Positions 1 through 13,183 of a DNA stretch of 64,000 nucleotides are shown here, in pieces (the first letter of the stretch is position 1; each line of letters opens with the position of its first letter). A model generated the notes under the pieces. That model saw only the letters and a list, made by a program, of their open reading frames with translations. It made no database searches and was not told the origin of the DNA. The DNA is from Bugula neritina (lineage: Eukaryota; Animalia; Bryozoa), in assembly GCA_964035545.1 (NCBI GenBank), contig OZ037772.1, positions 9,355,150-9,419,149 on the forward strand, written 5' to 3'. The position numbers and the translations under genes are program-made.

Positions 1-1951
1 GGAGTCCGGTCAAGTCTTGGGGGGTGACCCAGTCTTCTATTGCCCGTACCTTCTCGGGATCCGTTGCCACGCCGTTTCGACCGACAACGTGCCCCAGGTA
101 CTTAACCTCTGGCTGCAATAGAGCGCACTTAGAAGGCTTGAGCTTAAGACCGGCACCTCGGAGTCTCTCAAAGACCTCCTGCAGACGACTGACATGTGTC
201 TCGAAGTCTGGGGAGATCACGATGACATCATCGAGGTAGATCAGCAGTGTCTTCCAGTGGAGCCCGCTGAGGACTTGCTTCATCAGCCTCTGGAAGGTGG
301 CTGGGGCGGAGGTCAACCCGAAAGGCAGCACCTTCCACTTCCACAACCCGTCCCGTGTGATAAACGCCGCTTTCTCTTGGGCGTCGGGACTCAGAGGAAC
401 TTGCCAATAGCCGCTTAGCAAGTCTAACGTACTGAAGTACTTGCTGCCGGCTAGGGCATCCAATGACTCGTCAATACGAGGTAGAGGGTAGGCGTCCTGT
501 ATGGTTACGCTATTGAGTTTGCGGTAATCCACACAGAACCGCCAACTGCCGTCTTTCTTCCGGACCAGTACGACTGGCGAGCTCCACGCACTATGGGCGG
601 GCTCTATCAGTCCCCGGTCCAGAAGATCCCGTACTTGTCGGCTAACCTCCTTCTCTTTCTCCGGCCCCAGCCTGCGTGTGGGCTGCCGGACAGGGACTGT
701 CCCTGCAGTCAGCGGTATTTCGTGTCTGACAATTCCAGTCAGTCCCACGTCATGCTCTCCGCTGCTGAACACATCACCGTAGTCGCGTAGTAACTTAGCC
801 ATAACTTGGCGTTCTCTGTTACTCGCGCAGCCGCTACAGGCTGTGTCATACAACTCCCGGAGATGTGCGGGGACTGCCCCTCGCCCTTGAGTAGGGCACT
901 GAGGAAGTGCCTCTGCCGCATCACCCAGCGACGGGCCTACGTCTTTCTCCTGAACAGAGTGAAAACGGCCCAGCATCGACCCAGCCGGGAGCTTGATAGA
1001 CTCGGTAAAGGGGTTGACGCACTGCACTAAGATCTCCCCTTGCTCAGTCAGCTGATTCAGACTGCTGGCAAGTTGGATCTTTTCGTGCGCGCCTTCAACT
1101 ACCCCGAGTCCAGAGATCCGGCTATTATTCACCCTGCAGTGAATGGTAGCCCGGGAGCGGCCTGGTATGATACGGTTGCGTACCACTTGCACACCTCCCA
1201 CTAAAGGGCGGCCGAACTTGTCGACGCAGGCGAGTTCCCGCCCGGACATCATCATTGCAGATTTGCTAAAATCTATGTGACATCCGTGCCGTTTTAGGAA
1301 CGGCATCCTGAGGATGGCATCGTCCTTGAGCTGACTGACGATGAACGTCTCTTGGATCGTTTGATCACGGACTTGTCCCGTCAGCTCAATTATACCATAG
1401 AAGGGAAGGCACGACCCGTCAGCTAGGGTGCCGTACTCCCCTTCGTATGATTCCATCTCGCCCCTGACCCTAGCACTGAGGGTGTCGAAGAGTTGGCGGC
1501 TTAAGAGGTTCGTGGTACAGCCCGAATCAATAAGGAAAGTAACAGCTTTGCCTTCCAGTTTACCGGGCAAGAAATAGCTGTTCCCATGAGGCTGCACCTG
1601 AACTCTCTCTTCAGGCCTTACTCTCGCAGGGAGTACCTCCCTCGCTTTGGGTCGCGAAGGAGGTCTCTTGGGGCGGTGGTAGGTAGGCCTCGGGGGTGCC
1701 GAGGTTAGATTCTCGGCTACCTTTGTGGGCTCCCATCCAGATTCTTGGGCTTGTAGCCCTGCGAATCTGTTGTGAAGGGGCATAGAAAAGGCAGCCGCGG
1801 GGCGAAGCCCCTTGCTGGTCCGTCGTGGCTGTTGCCACTGTTGGTTGCCAGTACGCGGTACCCGTCTGGGTGACCTGCGTTTCTTCTTCCCTGGGGGTTT
1901 CATCGTCGGCCCGCAGGAGGTGGGAACATCTGCGGGCCGCGGTAGTTTAAC
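1..1951 (-). CDS. pol: Pol (protease-RT) of Gypsy 1, -1 frame relative to gag, open to window edge
   Basis: Manual translation from the slippery site: VKLPRPADVPTSCGPTMKPPG...QPHGNSYFLPGKLEGKAVTFLIDSGCTT..., with RT YLDD further on. No stop-terminated ORF is listed in this frame. Confidence 0.85.
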
Positions 1952-2854
1952 CCCTGATTTAGGAAGGGACAGTATCGGCGGAAATGCCCTTGATTTCCGC
2001 ACTCCCAGCAAAAGCTGACTGTTTCTCCCTGTGGCGGCGCCGGTGGCCGCATGGGCTCAGGGGCGGTACTCACTGGGGTTTGTGGTGTCAGTGTTGCTAT
2101 CAGCTTGGCTAGCATGTCTGTCAGTTGAGTGACTTTCGATGCCGTCGCCAACTGGGACACGGCAGCCGCGGCGGGGGTTTCCTCCCCTTGTCCCGCGGCC
2201 GTGTCTGCGCGGTCTATCTCCACTTGACGGGAGCTTCCGCGACTTTTATGCATTTGATTAGCTAGGAGGTAAGCTTCCCCCTCAGTCAGAGCATCTTCAA
2301 CGGTGGTGACTCCCCTAGCTAGAAACTGGTGGTGGAGACCCAGATCGTCGACAGATGCTATGAAAGCGTCGAGGGTATACCTCTCGCGGTTGACTGGGGG
2401 CAAGTCGCTGTACGCGATCTGTGCCAGCTTCATGACCGCGGCGGCGTGCTCCCGCAGCGGGGTGCGGGGATCACGCCGCAACCTCTGCAATCGGGCCCTG
2501 GCATCTGTAGCAGAGAGGCCGAAGCGGGCCCGCAGAGAAGCAAAGATGTTATCAATGTCTACGCCCAGCCCATAAGGCTTGGCTTTGTCCATCAATGCCA
2601 TTCTAAGCTTCAGCAAGGCCACCCTAGGGGGCCACTGGGCGACGTCCATTACGTCGCTAAACTCTTGGATAAATTGTTCCACCTCCTCTTCACCCGTGAA
2701 GGTGGGCGCCTTTAACCGGTAGCGGTCTTCAGTTAGTTCTCGCGGAACCCTTTCTCTCTTCTACTACATGGTTAACAGGCATTGTCTCTACAGCATTGTC
2801 TCTACGCTCACCTTCTACTGCCGGTGGTTGAGTTCCAGCATTTTCAGTCTCCAT
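1900..2854 (-). pseudogene. gag: Gag of Gypsy 1 with an apparent 1-nt frameshift near 2750
   Basis: ORF 1900-2682 has CWECGNQGHFRRYC. The ATG at 2854 (METENAG...) is 172 nt upstream of the ORF start, so 1 nt out of frame, whereas the homologous gag at 16471-17421 is continuous. Confidence 0.8.
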
Positions 2855-2866
2855 CTTGGATGCACT

Positions 2867-2884
2867 ATCCCACCGCTGCCACCA
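2867..2884 (-). promoter_or_regulatory. Primer binding site complementary to tRNA-Leu 3' end
   Basis: Plus strand ATCCCACCGCTGCCACCA matches the 3' 18 nt (with CCA) of metazoan tRNA-Leu(AAG/UAG). It lies 1 nt from the LTR, with identical copies at 17438-17455 and 59514-59531. Confidence 0.88.
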
Positions 2885-4246
2885 CTGTTATAATTTTCAG
2901 ATTTAGGGTTGATATGCTGTCCAGAGAGTCTATTTATTTGCTATAGAACTGCACCAGGATAAGTCGAGTGAACGAGTATATTTTACACACAATTATACAT
3001 TATAAAAACGATACATTACATCCAGACAAGTTATACATCTAATCTATTTGACACTCTAGCTTCGACTGACTTAGCAGCGGGAAACTATAATTGCTGCTAA
3101 CTATCCAATACGCTAATTGGCTATCCATTGTTCCGGGTCAATTACGCGACCCTACATGTTGTGCTGCTGGTAGTTCCACGAACCACCACAATATGAATAT
3201 ATCAATATATAGGAGCTCTTATTTGTTAAATTATCAAGATAATTGCTGGCCTTTAAAAATGCATTGCCATTTTATGAAAAGTTGTAATGTATTTTTTTTA
3301 GGATTAAAATGGAAATATTGTTTTTTTATTTCGTCTGGCACTTGACTATATCATAGTTTATTAATGAGAATTACTAGCTTGTTTTTATTCTCAAAAAGCA
3401 GTTATAATGGTGGTGGGGGCAATGACTTAGTGAACACAAAGCCATAGGTTCAAATTGAAGTGAAGCTATTGCAGATGTTAAGAAGAGCATTCAGTCATAA
3501 CAGTTTATACTTTGCCACAATAGAAAACAAGTTCTTACCAACATATTTCTATGGATGCAGTATTTGTCTACAAATTAGACAATAGCTTAGAATATGCACA
3601 GGAAAAGATAATTATTTTTCATTATTATAGAAATACACTATGCTACACTTTAATTTGCTTGCTTGTTATGGAAATTTTATTTTTATTAAAAAATAAAACT
3701 CAATGTTATTATACACCATTCACACCAAAACTAATTGATATTTTATTAATAATAATTAATAATCAATAATTAACAAATTACTCACTAAACTCAGAGTTTA
3801 AGTGATACAAGTTGAAATAAACTCAGAAGATAGGCACATGTTTTAATAAATTATAAAACTTAAGATTAATACAAAAAAATAAAAAACAATTCTTGTATTT
3901 TTACAAATGCTGTAAATTAAGAAACGCAAAGAAAAAAAACAAGCAAGATGTTTACAACATGCATTAATTGCAACTCATAAATGACGCATTTTAAGCTGGA
4001 AAATTGTTTCGTGAAAAATTCTGTATTAATCATATTTAGCATATAGCATAAAGTATAATTATTTTAGTTTTAAAATTACTTGGTAGAGTAAGTGAAGTAA
4101 GTGTGCATTAAATCTTAAAATATAGCAGTTTGTTCTTATGAATTCTTTTGATAAATAATTTATCCTATCAAAAATGTTTGCATCATACAAAAGTGAAAAT
4201 AGTAGCTAACATATTGTGAACTAATAACGGTCTTCTTATTTCCTCT

Positions 4247-7200
4247 TCATGTTATTCTGAACAAACATAACATATTATCATCCCAACCAGGTACAGCTAT
4301 TACTCCATCTCTGATACTTGGAACTCCTGTAAACTCTGAAGGTAGTTTGTCATGTGAAAGGGTTTGAAGTAACTCACCTGTAAAACATGAAACTTGTTGA
4401 ATCCACGTTTCCTGGCAAACACCATAATAATTGTTTTAATTTAAATATATACGTAGCTATAGTTGCAAAATTTACTTTAAAAAAGTGACAAATTAAGCTC
4501 GTGCAGATCGAAAACCTATTTAATATATTTTATATTTTTTCATACTTTAACTGAATATTTTTTAAAATAAACAAAATTTTATTTCTGTAATAAGCATATG
4601 AGCACGCAACAAACTTCTTTAATTATACTGTTGTAAAAGTGTATCATAAGTTACCACACCTGGAGAAGAGACAACGTATATCTTCTTCAATGATTTAGCT
4701 GATACATAGATGAGTCCATTAGAATCTGTACAGAGACTGTAGCCATCTATAATATCATCACATGTCCAGAGTTCAACCATCTGTCCATTCTCTATTTTAT
4801 ATTTCTTCAATTTACTTCCAGAAACTACTAACAAATTATCGTCTAGTCCAAACTATAAACCAAGCAGATTCATGAAACTGATTTTCTCTGTTTGTTGAGA
4901 TGTGAAGTCATAAATTATCAGCTGCTTAGTATCTGGATTCCTCACCACAACATATCTGTCAGAGACTGTCATTACTGCTGCTATATTACTTGTTTTAGGA
5001 AACTGAAACAGTTCTTTCCTTTTTGTAATGTCACTAGCTAAACACATATCAACCTTACATGTACCAGGTACTCTATGAAGTATGAATACATTCTGATGAT
5101 GTTCCACTACTGATGTAACCAATTCCACATCTGCGTTGCATGGATTCAGCCAACTCCCACTTCTACGGAGGACATACAATCCATCATCTGTACCTATGAG
5201 AAGATCTCCATTCTGTCTATAGCAAGTAGCCAGACACTGACTAGTTGTCACATGTTCAGATATGAATGTCAGTGATGATGGAACTGTCACCAGACTCACA
5301 CCCAGCAGTGATGAATCTCTTTCATCTGTAATGAATAAAATATAGTATTTATTATTCTAGTGCTGTTATTTGATTTAAAATTCTTACATTGCTTGAAAAC
5401 ACAGCATGCTACTTTATATAATTATCCAAGTAAAAACATGCATAGCTTAACAGTTCACAAGTATGAGTAGAATAAAATTTTCTGGCATCAGCTGTGCTAA
5501 TATTTATAACCTTTAGAGAGGGTTTTGACAGCTATAGATGCTATCAGCAACAGCATATAGTTGCACCTACATATATAATTCAGCTAAGATTGCATTAATA
5601 CAACTTTCAACGAGTAAACTTCAGGAACCAAACTGATGATTTGGAGATTGTTGTTTAGTTATAAGTAGCTAAAAAAACCTTAAATAAATAGTGATATTTG
5701 ACTTACAAGTGTGACATAGAGCTTGGGGTTTACTGATTGCATATGGATCAAGTTCTACTTCACTCAGTTCTTCTGTAATTCCTTTTCTCTGCTTCACTTT
5801 CTCAGTCACATGACTCTTTTGAATCAAATGATTCAATTTGATTTGCACTTTCTGTAACTCATTTCCCTTTATCATCAGGTTGTTGTAGCAAGCTTCTACC
5901 TCATTGGTCACTTTCTTCCTGTGACCTATGACCTTTTTCATGAGTTCTTGACTTTCCTCTTTAATTTTCTTTATCTGTTTGAAGCAAAATAGTACATACT
6001 ATAAGTACAAAAATTCTTCATTAATTTTGTTCTCCACCAAAAAAAATTTTCAAATAAAATTCGTAATCTATTATTTGAAGTGTCTCCTAATTTCTAAACT
6101 TTTAAAGCTGTTTATGAATGTTTTGGCAAAAGCTTATTTTTTACGAACATCCAGGAAGTTGGCAGAACAAAACTTTTCAAATTTTGTGTCTAAATAAAAT
6201 TATTAATGACTACAATCTAATTATAAGTTAGAAAATCAATGACTACATTTTTTCTGCTAAGGAATATGATTATAAACTCACCCTTTCTTTGCGAAGTTTT
6301 CTGATCTGTTTTACAAGTTTTTCACATGTCTGTTCCTGATCATCCAGTTCTCTCCATATCCTTTTGTCTAGTTCATTCACTTCATTTATCTTTTCTGCTG
6401 TAATCTGAAGTTGAGTCTGTAGATATGTATTTATCTTCTCTTGCAGAGAGGAAAGAGACTTGAAGTTGTGTTGATTCTCATCTACACAAAATAATAACAT
6501 TACAGTTATGATTTTTCTTGGAGGTTCAATGCAGTCTATCTTTATAGTAAACAGACACCGAAATTTTTGCTCTATGTATTTTGTAGCTATATAAATTGAA
6601 TATAGTCAATTATTTTAATTAATGTAGACTATATACTGCAATATATATGGATATTATTTTTATTGCTCTATAATATTCTGAAGGATAATATTATTGAATA
6701 ATACCTGTACAGTCAGTGCCATGAACATCACATTCAACACATATCAATCTGTCACATTTCTTACAAGCTCTATCTAAGATCTCTTCATGTTGTTCACACA
6801 CTGGTTTAGAATAAATAGCTGGTGATTTCTTGTAGACTTCAATGTCTATTTCCCTATGAGATTCTTTGTAGAGAGCTGTGTGAAGCTGAAAAAATATATT
6901 AAACCGTTTTATTTGGGTATAGTATTGGCGAGAAAATTTAATACAACACAATTTAGTAAAAAAAGTGACTGATTTAAAAAAGGTTGACGGGTAGCGTGTA
7001 AAAGAATCATAAATACTGGGAGAAGTACTTTTCATATTTCACATGTTGATTGAATTAACAGATTAGTATAATTGACCGGTGCTTGGTTGTACACCTCAAT
7101 ATCTATTTCGTTATGGTGTTCTCTGTAGGGAGTTCTATATGTGCTAAAATATGATGAACAACTGTTATATATGCTCTTGGCAAGGATGAATAGTTCTTTT

Positions 7201-8435
7201 TAATGTTTATGTATGACCAACTCAAAATTTAGAGAGGTTAGTTTTAAAACATAATTTTTGCTGATGACCAGTTTAAGTTGACATAGTAACGTCTTACATG
7301 AATTAGTACTATTTTAATTTGAAATGGGGGCTTTCCAATAATTTTTAAGTCATATTATCAAGTCAACAATCATAAACTAAAATTAATCAATTATTTTTTC
7401 GCTGCTATAACAATATTCAATTTTTCTCTACCAAATATATTATATGTTTTATAAGTACATTTTTTGTAAACAACAGCTAGACAATAATTAAGATGGTAAC
7501 ATATAATATCCTGAGCATTATCTTACACCTTATATGCAGCAGGAAACATACTATATTTATTTTTATATTACATTTAGCTTTTTCTTTTAACTTCGTTGAT
7601 CTAATATTTCAACATTATCTCTCTATATCACTTTTCAATTACTTTAAATAGCAGTGTGTTGCTGCATAATTTATAGATACATTATAATAGTTTTGGATTA
7701 GTATCTCTTTTATAGTATGGAAGTTTTTAAAAATATACATGTACTTGCATCATAAATTTGTATCAGAACTCTACGTGTAAACCATTTAATGACATACAAA
7801 GCTTTGCCCTCCATTATATTTAAAATTATTACCTTTTGATGGTCAGTACAGAATTTATCTCCACATGTAGTACAAAAGCAAATAGCTATTTGACCTTGAC
7901 ATCCATAAGCTGTACAATACAAAGTATCCAGGTCAGACTTGTTATTCTCTGTTTCAACTTTTTACAGTTCTTCAAAGTTAAGGGTTTCATGTACTTCTCT
8001 GTATAATAAAATGTATTGTGATATTAACCTCAATACTATAAATATTTCAATTGTCCGAAGGAATTAGAGAATTTTTTGTAACCTCCATCTTTTTAGGCTT
8101 TTTGATTTGTGACAGTAGAAAAACCTGGTTAAGATATGAGATTGTCAGCCACTGGCTGTTAGAAACTTTATCTTTCAATCAAATTAGATATGTTATTTGT
8201 TGTTAACTATAAAAGTTGTAGATATGTAAACCATCAGATATATATAAATATAATTCGCTATATTTACTCACCCACAAGTAGGGCAAGTCACAGAGCCATG
8301 TTGGTTGTAGTATCCTTCAATACAACTCAAACAGAATACATGCTGACAAGGTAACTTTTTTGGATCTACCATAGACTCTGTTTTGGATGCACAGAAACCA
8401 CATTCATAGTCTGGGGGTAGATGTTGGGCAGCCAT
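4247..8435 (-). pseudogene. TRIM-like gene copy A (RING-Bbox-Bbox-coiled coil-beta-propeller) with two nonsense codons
   Basis: Approximate exons: RING 8272-8435, B-box1 7833-7998, B-box2 ~6705-6885, CC1 ~6281-6481, CC2 ~5706-5974, propeller ~4659-5326, last 4247-4377. TAA at 7962-7964 (CAA in copy B) and TAG at 4853-4855 (CAG in D/F). Confidence 0.85.
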
Positions 8436-9633
8436 ATTGGTCAGAATATGTTGGAAGGATTTGAAACCTATGAAATAAGTTTGATTAATTTTTATCACTT
8501 ATAGCAAAGAGGTGGTTGTTGAATTGTTAACCATACCAATTAATAGAGAAAACAAATTAATAAAGAATTAAATGAAAGCTGAAAATTGATAAGAGCAAAA
8601 CTTGAAAAAAAACTGTCTCTACAAATTAGTTAGCAGACTTTTATTAAGGTAGTTATATATAATAACCAGTTCTGGTTGGTTGCAGATGTATAAAATTATG
8701 TATAATGTATAGTGTATAGAATTAGCAAGCATACCTTTGAAGTATTTATGATAACCATTTTAGAATTGGTTGCAGATATAATACCATGCAGACAGCTATA
8801 AAGTACTCTATATGATAGTAGAGTGTTACTTAATATATAAATTACCTGTTTAGTAGCTATAATCTAGCAGGCACACTGTATGGTATCAACTGGTACAATG
8901 AAAAATATGTTTCATAACTAGTATAGCAATTGATTACCAATAGTGTAAGTAAATAATATTGAATGTTATTGTAGACTCAGTTCCATTAAATATATTACCC
9001 TAAAACTGTTTACACAAAATTAAACCAAGTAAAAACAAAATCCTTTTGTCTGGTGCTCATACTGAAAGGGGAGCCACCAATTTGTCTGCTGCAAAAATCA
9101 TTCCAACTGAATAAAGTTAATGAAATGTACGAACATAGCATTGGTGTATTGAATATCATTACAATACAAAATATTGATTAGGTACAGCTAGTAACATAGC
9201 TGTGTAGTTTCATTATGTGATAAATTATGTGACAAGTATTGATTTAATCTAAACAATATTTATATGTTGTGTGTTGACCTGCATATTAATAGCTTTAAAT
9301 ACAGTAGCTATAATAATAATAAAATAGGCATATAATTAATTTTTATATATACTGTTTACATTCGGCTATTCTTTAGTACAATGCTATAATATCAACATCT
9401 CATGATAAAAAAGCTTTTTATTGCTGCATGAGTTTTAAACACTAATAGGCCTTTTAGAAATGTAGCATCTAGGTTCACTATATATAGCAGGTTATAACTT
9501 GTTTACAGATAGTTTAAAATTGTTAGATTTAATTTTCAGCATATATGCAGCATTTATAATAATATTGTAAACATTATAACTATAATAAAAATAATTAGTT
9601 TATTTTTATTTTCGGAATTGCGTGCTATATATA

Positions 9634-11415
9634 CAGTGCTGTGAAAAAGTTTAAGGACGCTTGCAGAAATTTCTATGTATTTCTATGTATTGTTTATTAG
9701 GCATTTCTTGGAAGTTCTTAGTATTTTCCTGCAAGTTCTATATATCAAAATGACTCTTAAAATGTGCACTACAATTTCCACCTTATAAATTCCAACTGCT
9801 GTGATGTTTTCTACCTATTTTCGGGCTAACTATACAAGCAGCTAGGAAAGCGCAACTCCTGTGTTTTTATGTTTCCAAAGTTTATCGCTTCTGATAATCA
9901 CAAAAGGCTAAACAGTGAAATTTTACTTTGTACATGGCATCATGATACCATAAAGTATGACTTTCTTTCATAATTTGAAATATGTCATTTAGTTGTAAGC
10001 TTTTACATGGTGTCTACTTAGGTGCTGCGCATAGACAAAATGAGAGCTGTAAATCTTACTTCAAAAGCAAGGTTTGTAATAATTTTTTTGCATAACGAAG
10101 GTTAGTCAATTAGGAAAATATCTGAAAAGGTTGGCAAAGAAAAGACAACTGTTTATCAAATTATCAAGAAGTTCATGGAGACTGGCAGTGTAGCAGATTG
10201 ACCTGGAAGTGGACGACCAAGAATAAGCACACTACGAGATGACAAGGTTTTCATTAGGATCAGCAAGAAAGATTGCCATAAAACAAGTCCTGAGTTGGCA
10301 AAGAATGGTCAGAATCAACAGGAACAACAGCTTCGACATCCCTGATAAGGCGAAGACTGCTGAGCCATGGTCTATGTGTCTGCAAAGCAAGAAGGAAGCC
10401 TCTACTAACCGAGAAGTAGCGAAAAAACCGGCTACGGTGGGCCAAGGAGCATGGTAGTTAGACAGTGAATGACTAGAAAAAAGTAATTATTTCAGATAGA
10501 TCTACATTTAATGTGAACAATCATGCTGGAAACTGTTTTGTTAGAAGATACCAGTGTGAGGAATATAACCCCTAATGTATTCTTACAACAATTAAGCACC
10601 CTATCGGTGTTATGTTCTGGGGTTGTATAACATCAAAAGGTGTAGGACGACTCAGTAATTGCTCTGGAATGATGTTAATGCCTAAAAATATATAGATAAA
10701 CTCAATGCTAAACTTCTTTCAATCATAAAAAAACTTCTTTTTAAATGAAATTAACATATTTGAAGATGACAATGCACCATGCCATTGGGCAAAAACTGTT
10801 AAAGAGTGGATGAAAAAGCAGAGGGTCTCAACGCTTAACTGGCCAGCCCAAAGCCGGGACTTGAACCCAATAAGAAATTCATGGTCAAGAATGGCTAAAA
10901 TAGTCTCTTTACAGAAGCCAACAACTAAGGTGACACTCATAGAGCCTGTAATTCATGCATAGCATCATGTTGTGACCGAAAACGAGTTGGAGAAGCTGTA
11001 CGAGTTGATGCCTCGTAGCTGCCGACTAGTGATTGAGAATAAAGGCTGGCCAACAAAACATTGATACTAAAATTTAAAGCACTGTGTGTTGCAATGCTGC
11101 TATAATGTGTAGAACAAATCACATACAATATTTTTCTATGTTTCAAGTAAAATATTCTGATATCCTACAGTACACACAAATTGTGAGAACATTGAATAAT
11201 TCCCATATATGCATAGTATCTCATTATTTTACCCATATTTTGGAAGGAAGTGAAAAGAAACACTAATGATTTATATAAATGAGATCAGGAGATCTTAAGG
11301 ATCATTTTGATAGGCATCATGCCTATGGAAATGCTTTTGTTATGTCTTAAAATTAGCTTGGAACATTGCTATTATGGAAAATAATGAGGCGTCCTTAAAC
11401 TTTTTCACAGCACTG
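9634..11415 (+). mobile_element. Tc1/mariner-superfamily (Tc1-like) DNA transposon
   Basis: 27-bp perfect TIRs CAGTGCTGTGAAAAAGTTTAAGGACGC at 9634-9660 and 11389-11415, with TA on both sides. Confidence 0.93.
10040..11064 (+). pseudogene. Decayed Tc1-like transposase
   Basis: Remnant motifs SGRPR, IFSD, VMFWGC, FEDDNAPCH and WPAQSRDLNPI are interrupted by stops and frameshifts. Confidence 0.85.
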
Positions 11416-11607
11416 TATGTCTATTATATTATCATGTATTTGCATGGTTTACACATGCAGAAGCATATTAACAAACTTCTCTCTAAATTCTTCTAGGTGA
11501 AGTAATTTTATTTCAATGAATAATATGGTTGAGATCAGGTTACTTTAGTCATTATATCTATCTAATTTTTCTATATGGTTCATATTTATCTGTGGGTCAA
11601 CTGTTTG

Positions 11608-11612
<5 letters not shown>

Positions 11613-11685
<73 letters not shown>
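11613..11685. repeat. (TA)n microsatellite
   Basis: Direct observation. Confidence 0.97.
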
Positions 11686-11688
<3 letters not shown>

Positions 11689-11984
11689 GATCTACACTAT
11701 TATATTAGTAAAAAGCTGTGTACATAAAATCTACTAACATTTGCAGCACATTAGCTAGTTGATCAACAAAAGATAGATACATTTTCTAAACTAAATAAAT
11801 TTAAAACTTATACTAGGTTACTTTGCAGTGATATTTTTAACTTAATTAACTCAGTAACATGAATTACCAAAATTAAAAGTACAAAAACTATTATATTTGA
11901 GGTGCATACCAGTCACAAGAATTATAGAGAGAGTATTTCCATTTTAATTGCTATAGGTGTTATCAGAAATTATTATCTTTTAGG

Positions 11985-12195
11985 AAGAAGTCGTGACCTC
12001 TACAGGGGCTATAAAGCGGTAGCTTATATAGTAAACTCTGAGATCATCGGTTCCATCCCCAGTAACTACTATTAGTAATGCTATGAGAAGCATCCAGACA
12101 TAATTTCTTCTGCGCCACATTAAAAAAGTCTTTAGCCCGCTTATATACAAACTCTCCCATCAAGGGTTTTTACAGGCATATTGACTATAAACAAA
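11985..12195 (+). mobile_element. Degenerate tRNA-SINE-like repeat
   Basis: B-box-like GGTTCCATCCC, core GAAGCATCCAGACATAAT and tail ATCAAGGGTTTT...GACTATAAAC are shared with 63185-63395. Confidence 0.55.
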
Positions 12196-13183
12196 ACAGG
12201 CGGGAGGGGGAGGGAGGGAGGGTGTTATAATTTATCATATATTGTTATTATGGTTTTTTTTAGAAATAAAAATAATTAATTGTCCAACAAGATTGTTTCT
12301 TCAGTTTGCGTAACACATTCTATTCTTATTGTAAATAACGTTGAACAGCCATTACATTGTAACAGCTTTATATATTATGAATAATTTGTATCTGTTTTTA
12401 AACAAGCATTATATGAGTGAGCTTTTTGCTATCGGGCCTGCACTTGAAGCATTTCGAAAGTAGTTTATTATGTTTTACAGATAAATTAAATATGACTTTA
12501 TTGAAGAATTTGTCTAAAAAAAGACAATATAGCATATAGAGTAGTAATTTGTGCAATTACTGTGCGTGAGTTATCTACTTGCGTATAGTTAGTTAGTTAT
12601 CCTGCTAGTAATTACTAGGGTAGCTGTCGAGTAATTATATTTATTATCCACAATAAAGCATAAAATAAACATCACATCAAATTATCCTAAACATCAGTCA
12701 ACTACTAATACATGTTTCTCCTTCAAGCCTCCGCTTACAACAACGTGATATAATGTTAATAGCCCGGGAAGTGTCACGTGAATCGGAAGCATATCTTCCG
12801 GAGCTGCTAATTGGTTGCTACATAAGGGCTAAGTATTCCAAGAGTAGGGAGAGGGCGATTCCCGTATTTGTACTTTGCACTACTCACTACACCGCCCCCC
12901 CAGCAGAAAGCCCTACTTTCTGATAACACAATAAAAAAACACATAATGAAAAACTATACAATAATCCAAAAAGAAAAACATACATAAGTAAACCCACAAA
13001 GAGTAAGAAGAGAAATAGTTGGGCACGACAACATTTACATTAGAAGACAACAGGGTGATCGATCACACACATCTAGTCAGCTATAAAGAGAGAGGGTGCT
13101 TACCAGCACGCGGGCCAATGTCGGAGCACTCGTTACTTTCCAGACGAGTTACAGCTCAACGAAGGTGCCTACCCCAGGCATTC

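Larger units (their letters stand above)
1..3190 (-). mobile_element. Ty3/Gypsy LTR retrotransposon 1 (5' LTR, PBS, gag, PR, RT; 3' part beyond window)
   Basis: LTR 2886-3190 (TGT...ACA) followed by ATAT; PBS 2867-2884; gag with CCHC knuckle; protease FLIDSGC; RT YLDD near 227-238; closely similar to the element at 52329-59941. Confidence 0.95.
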
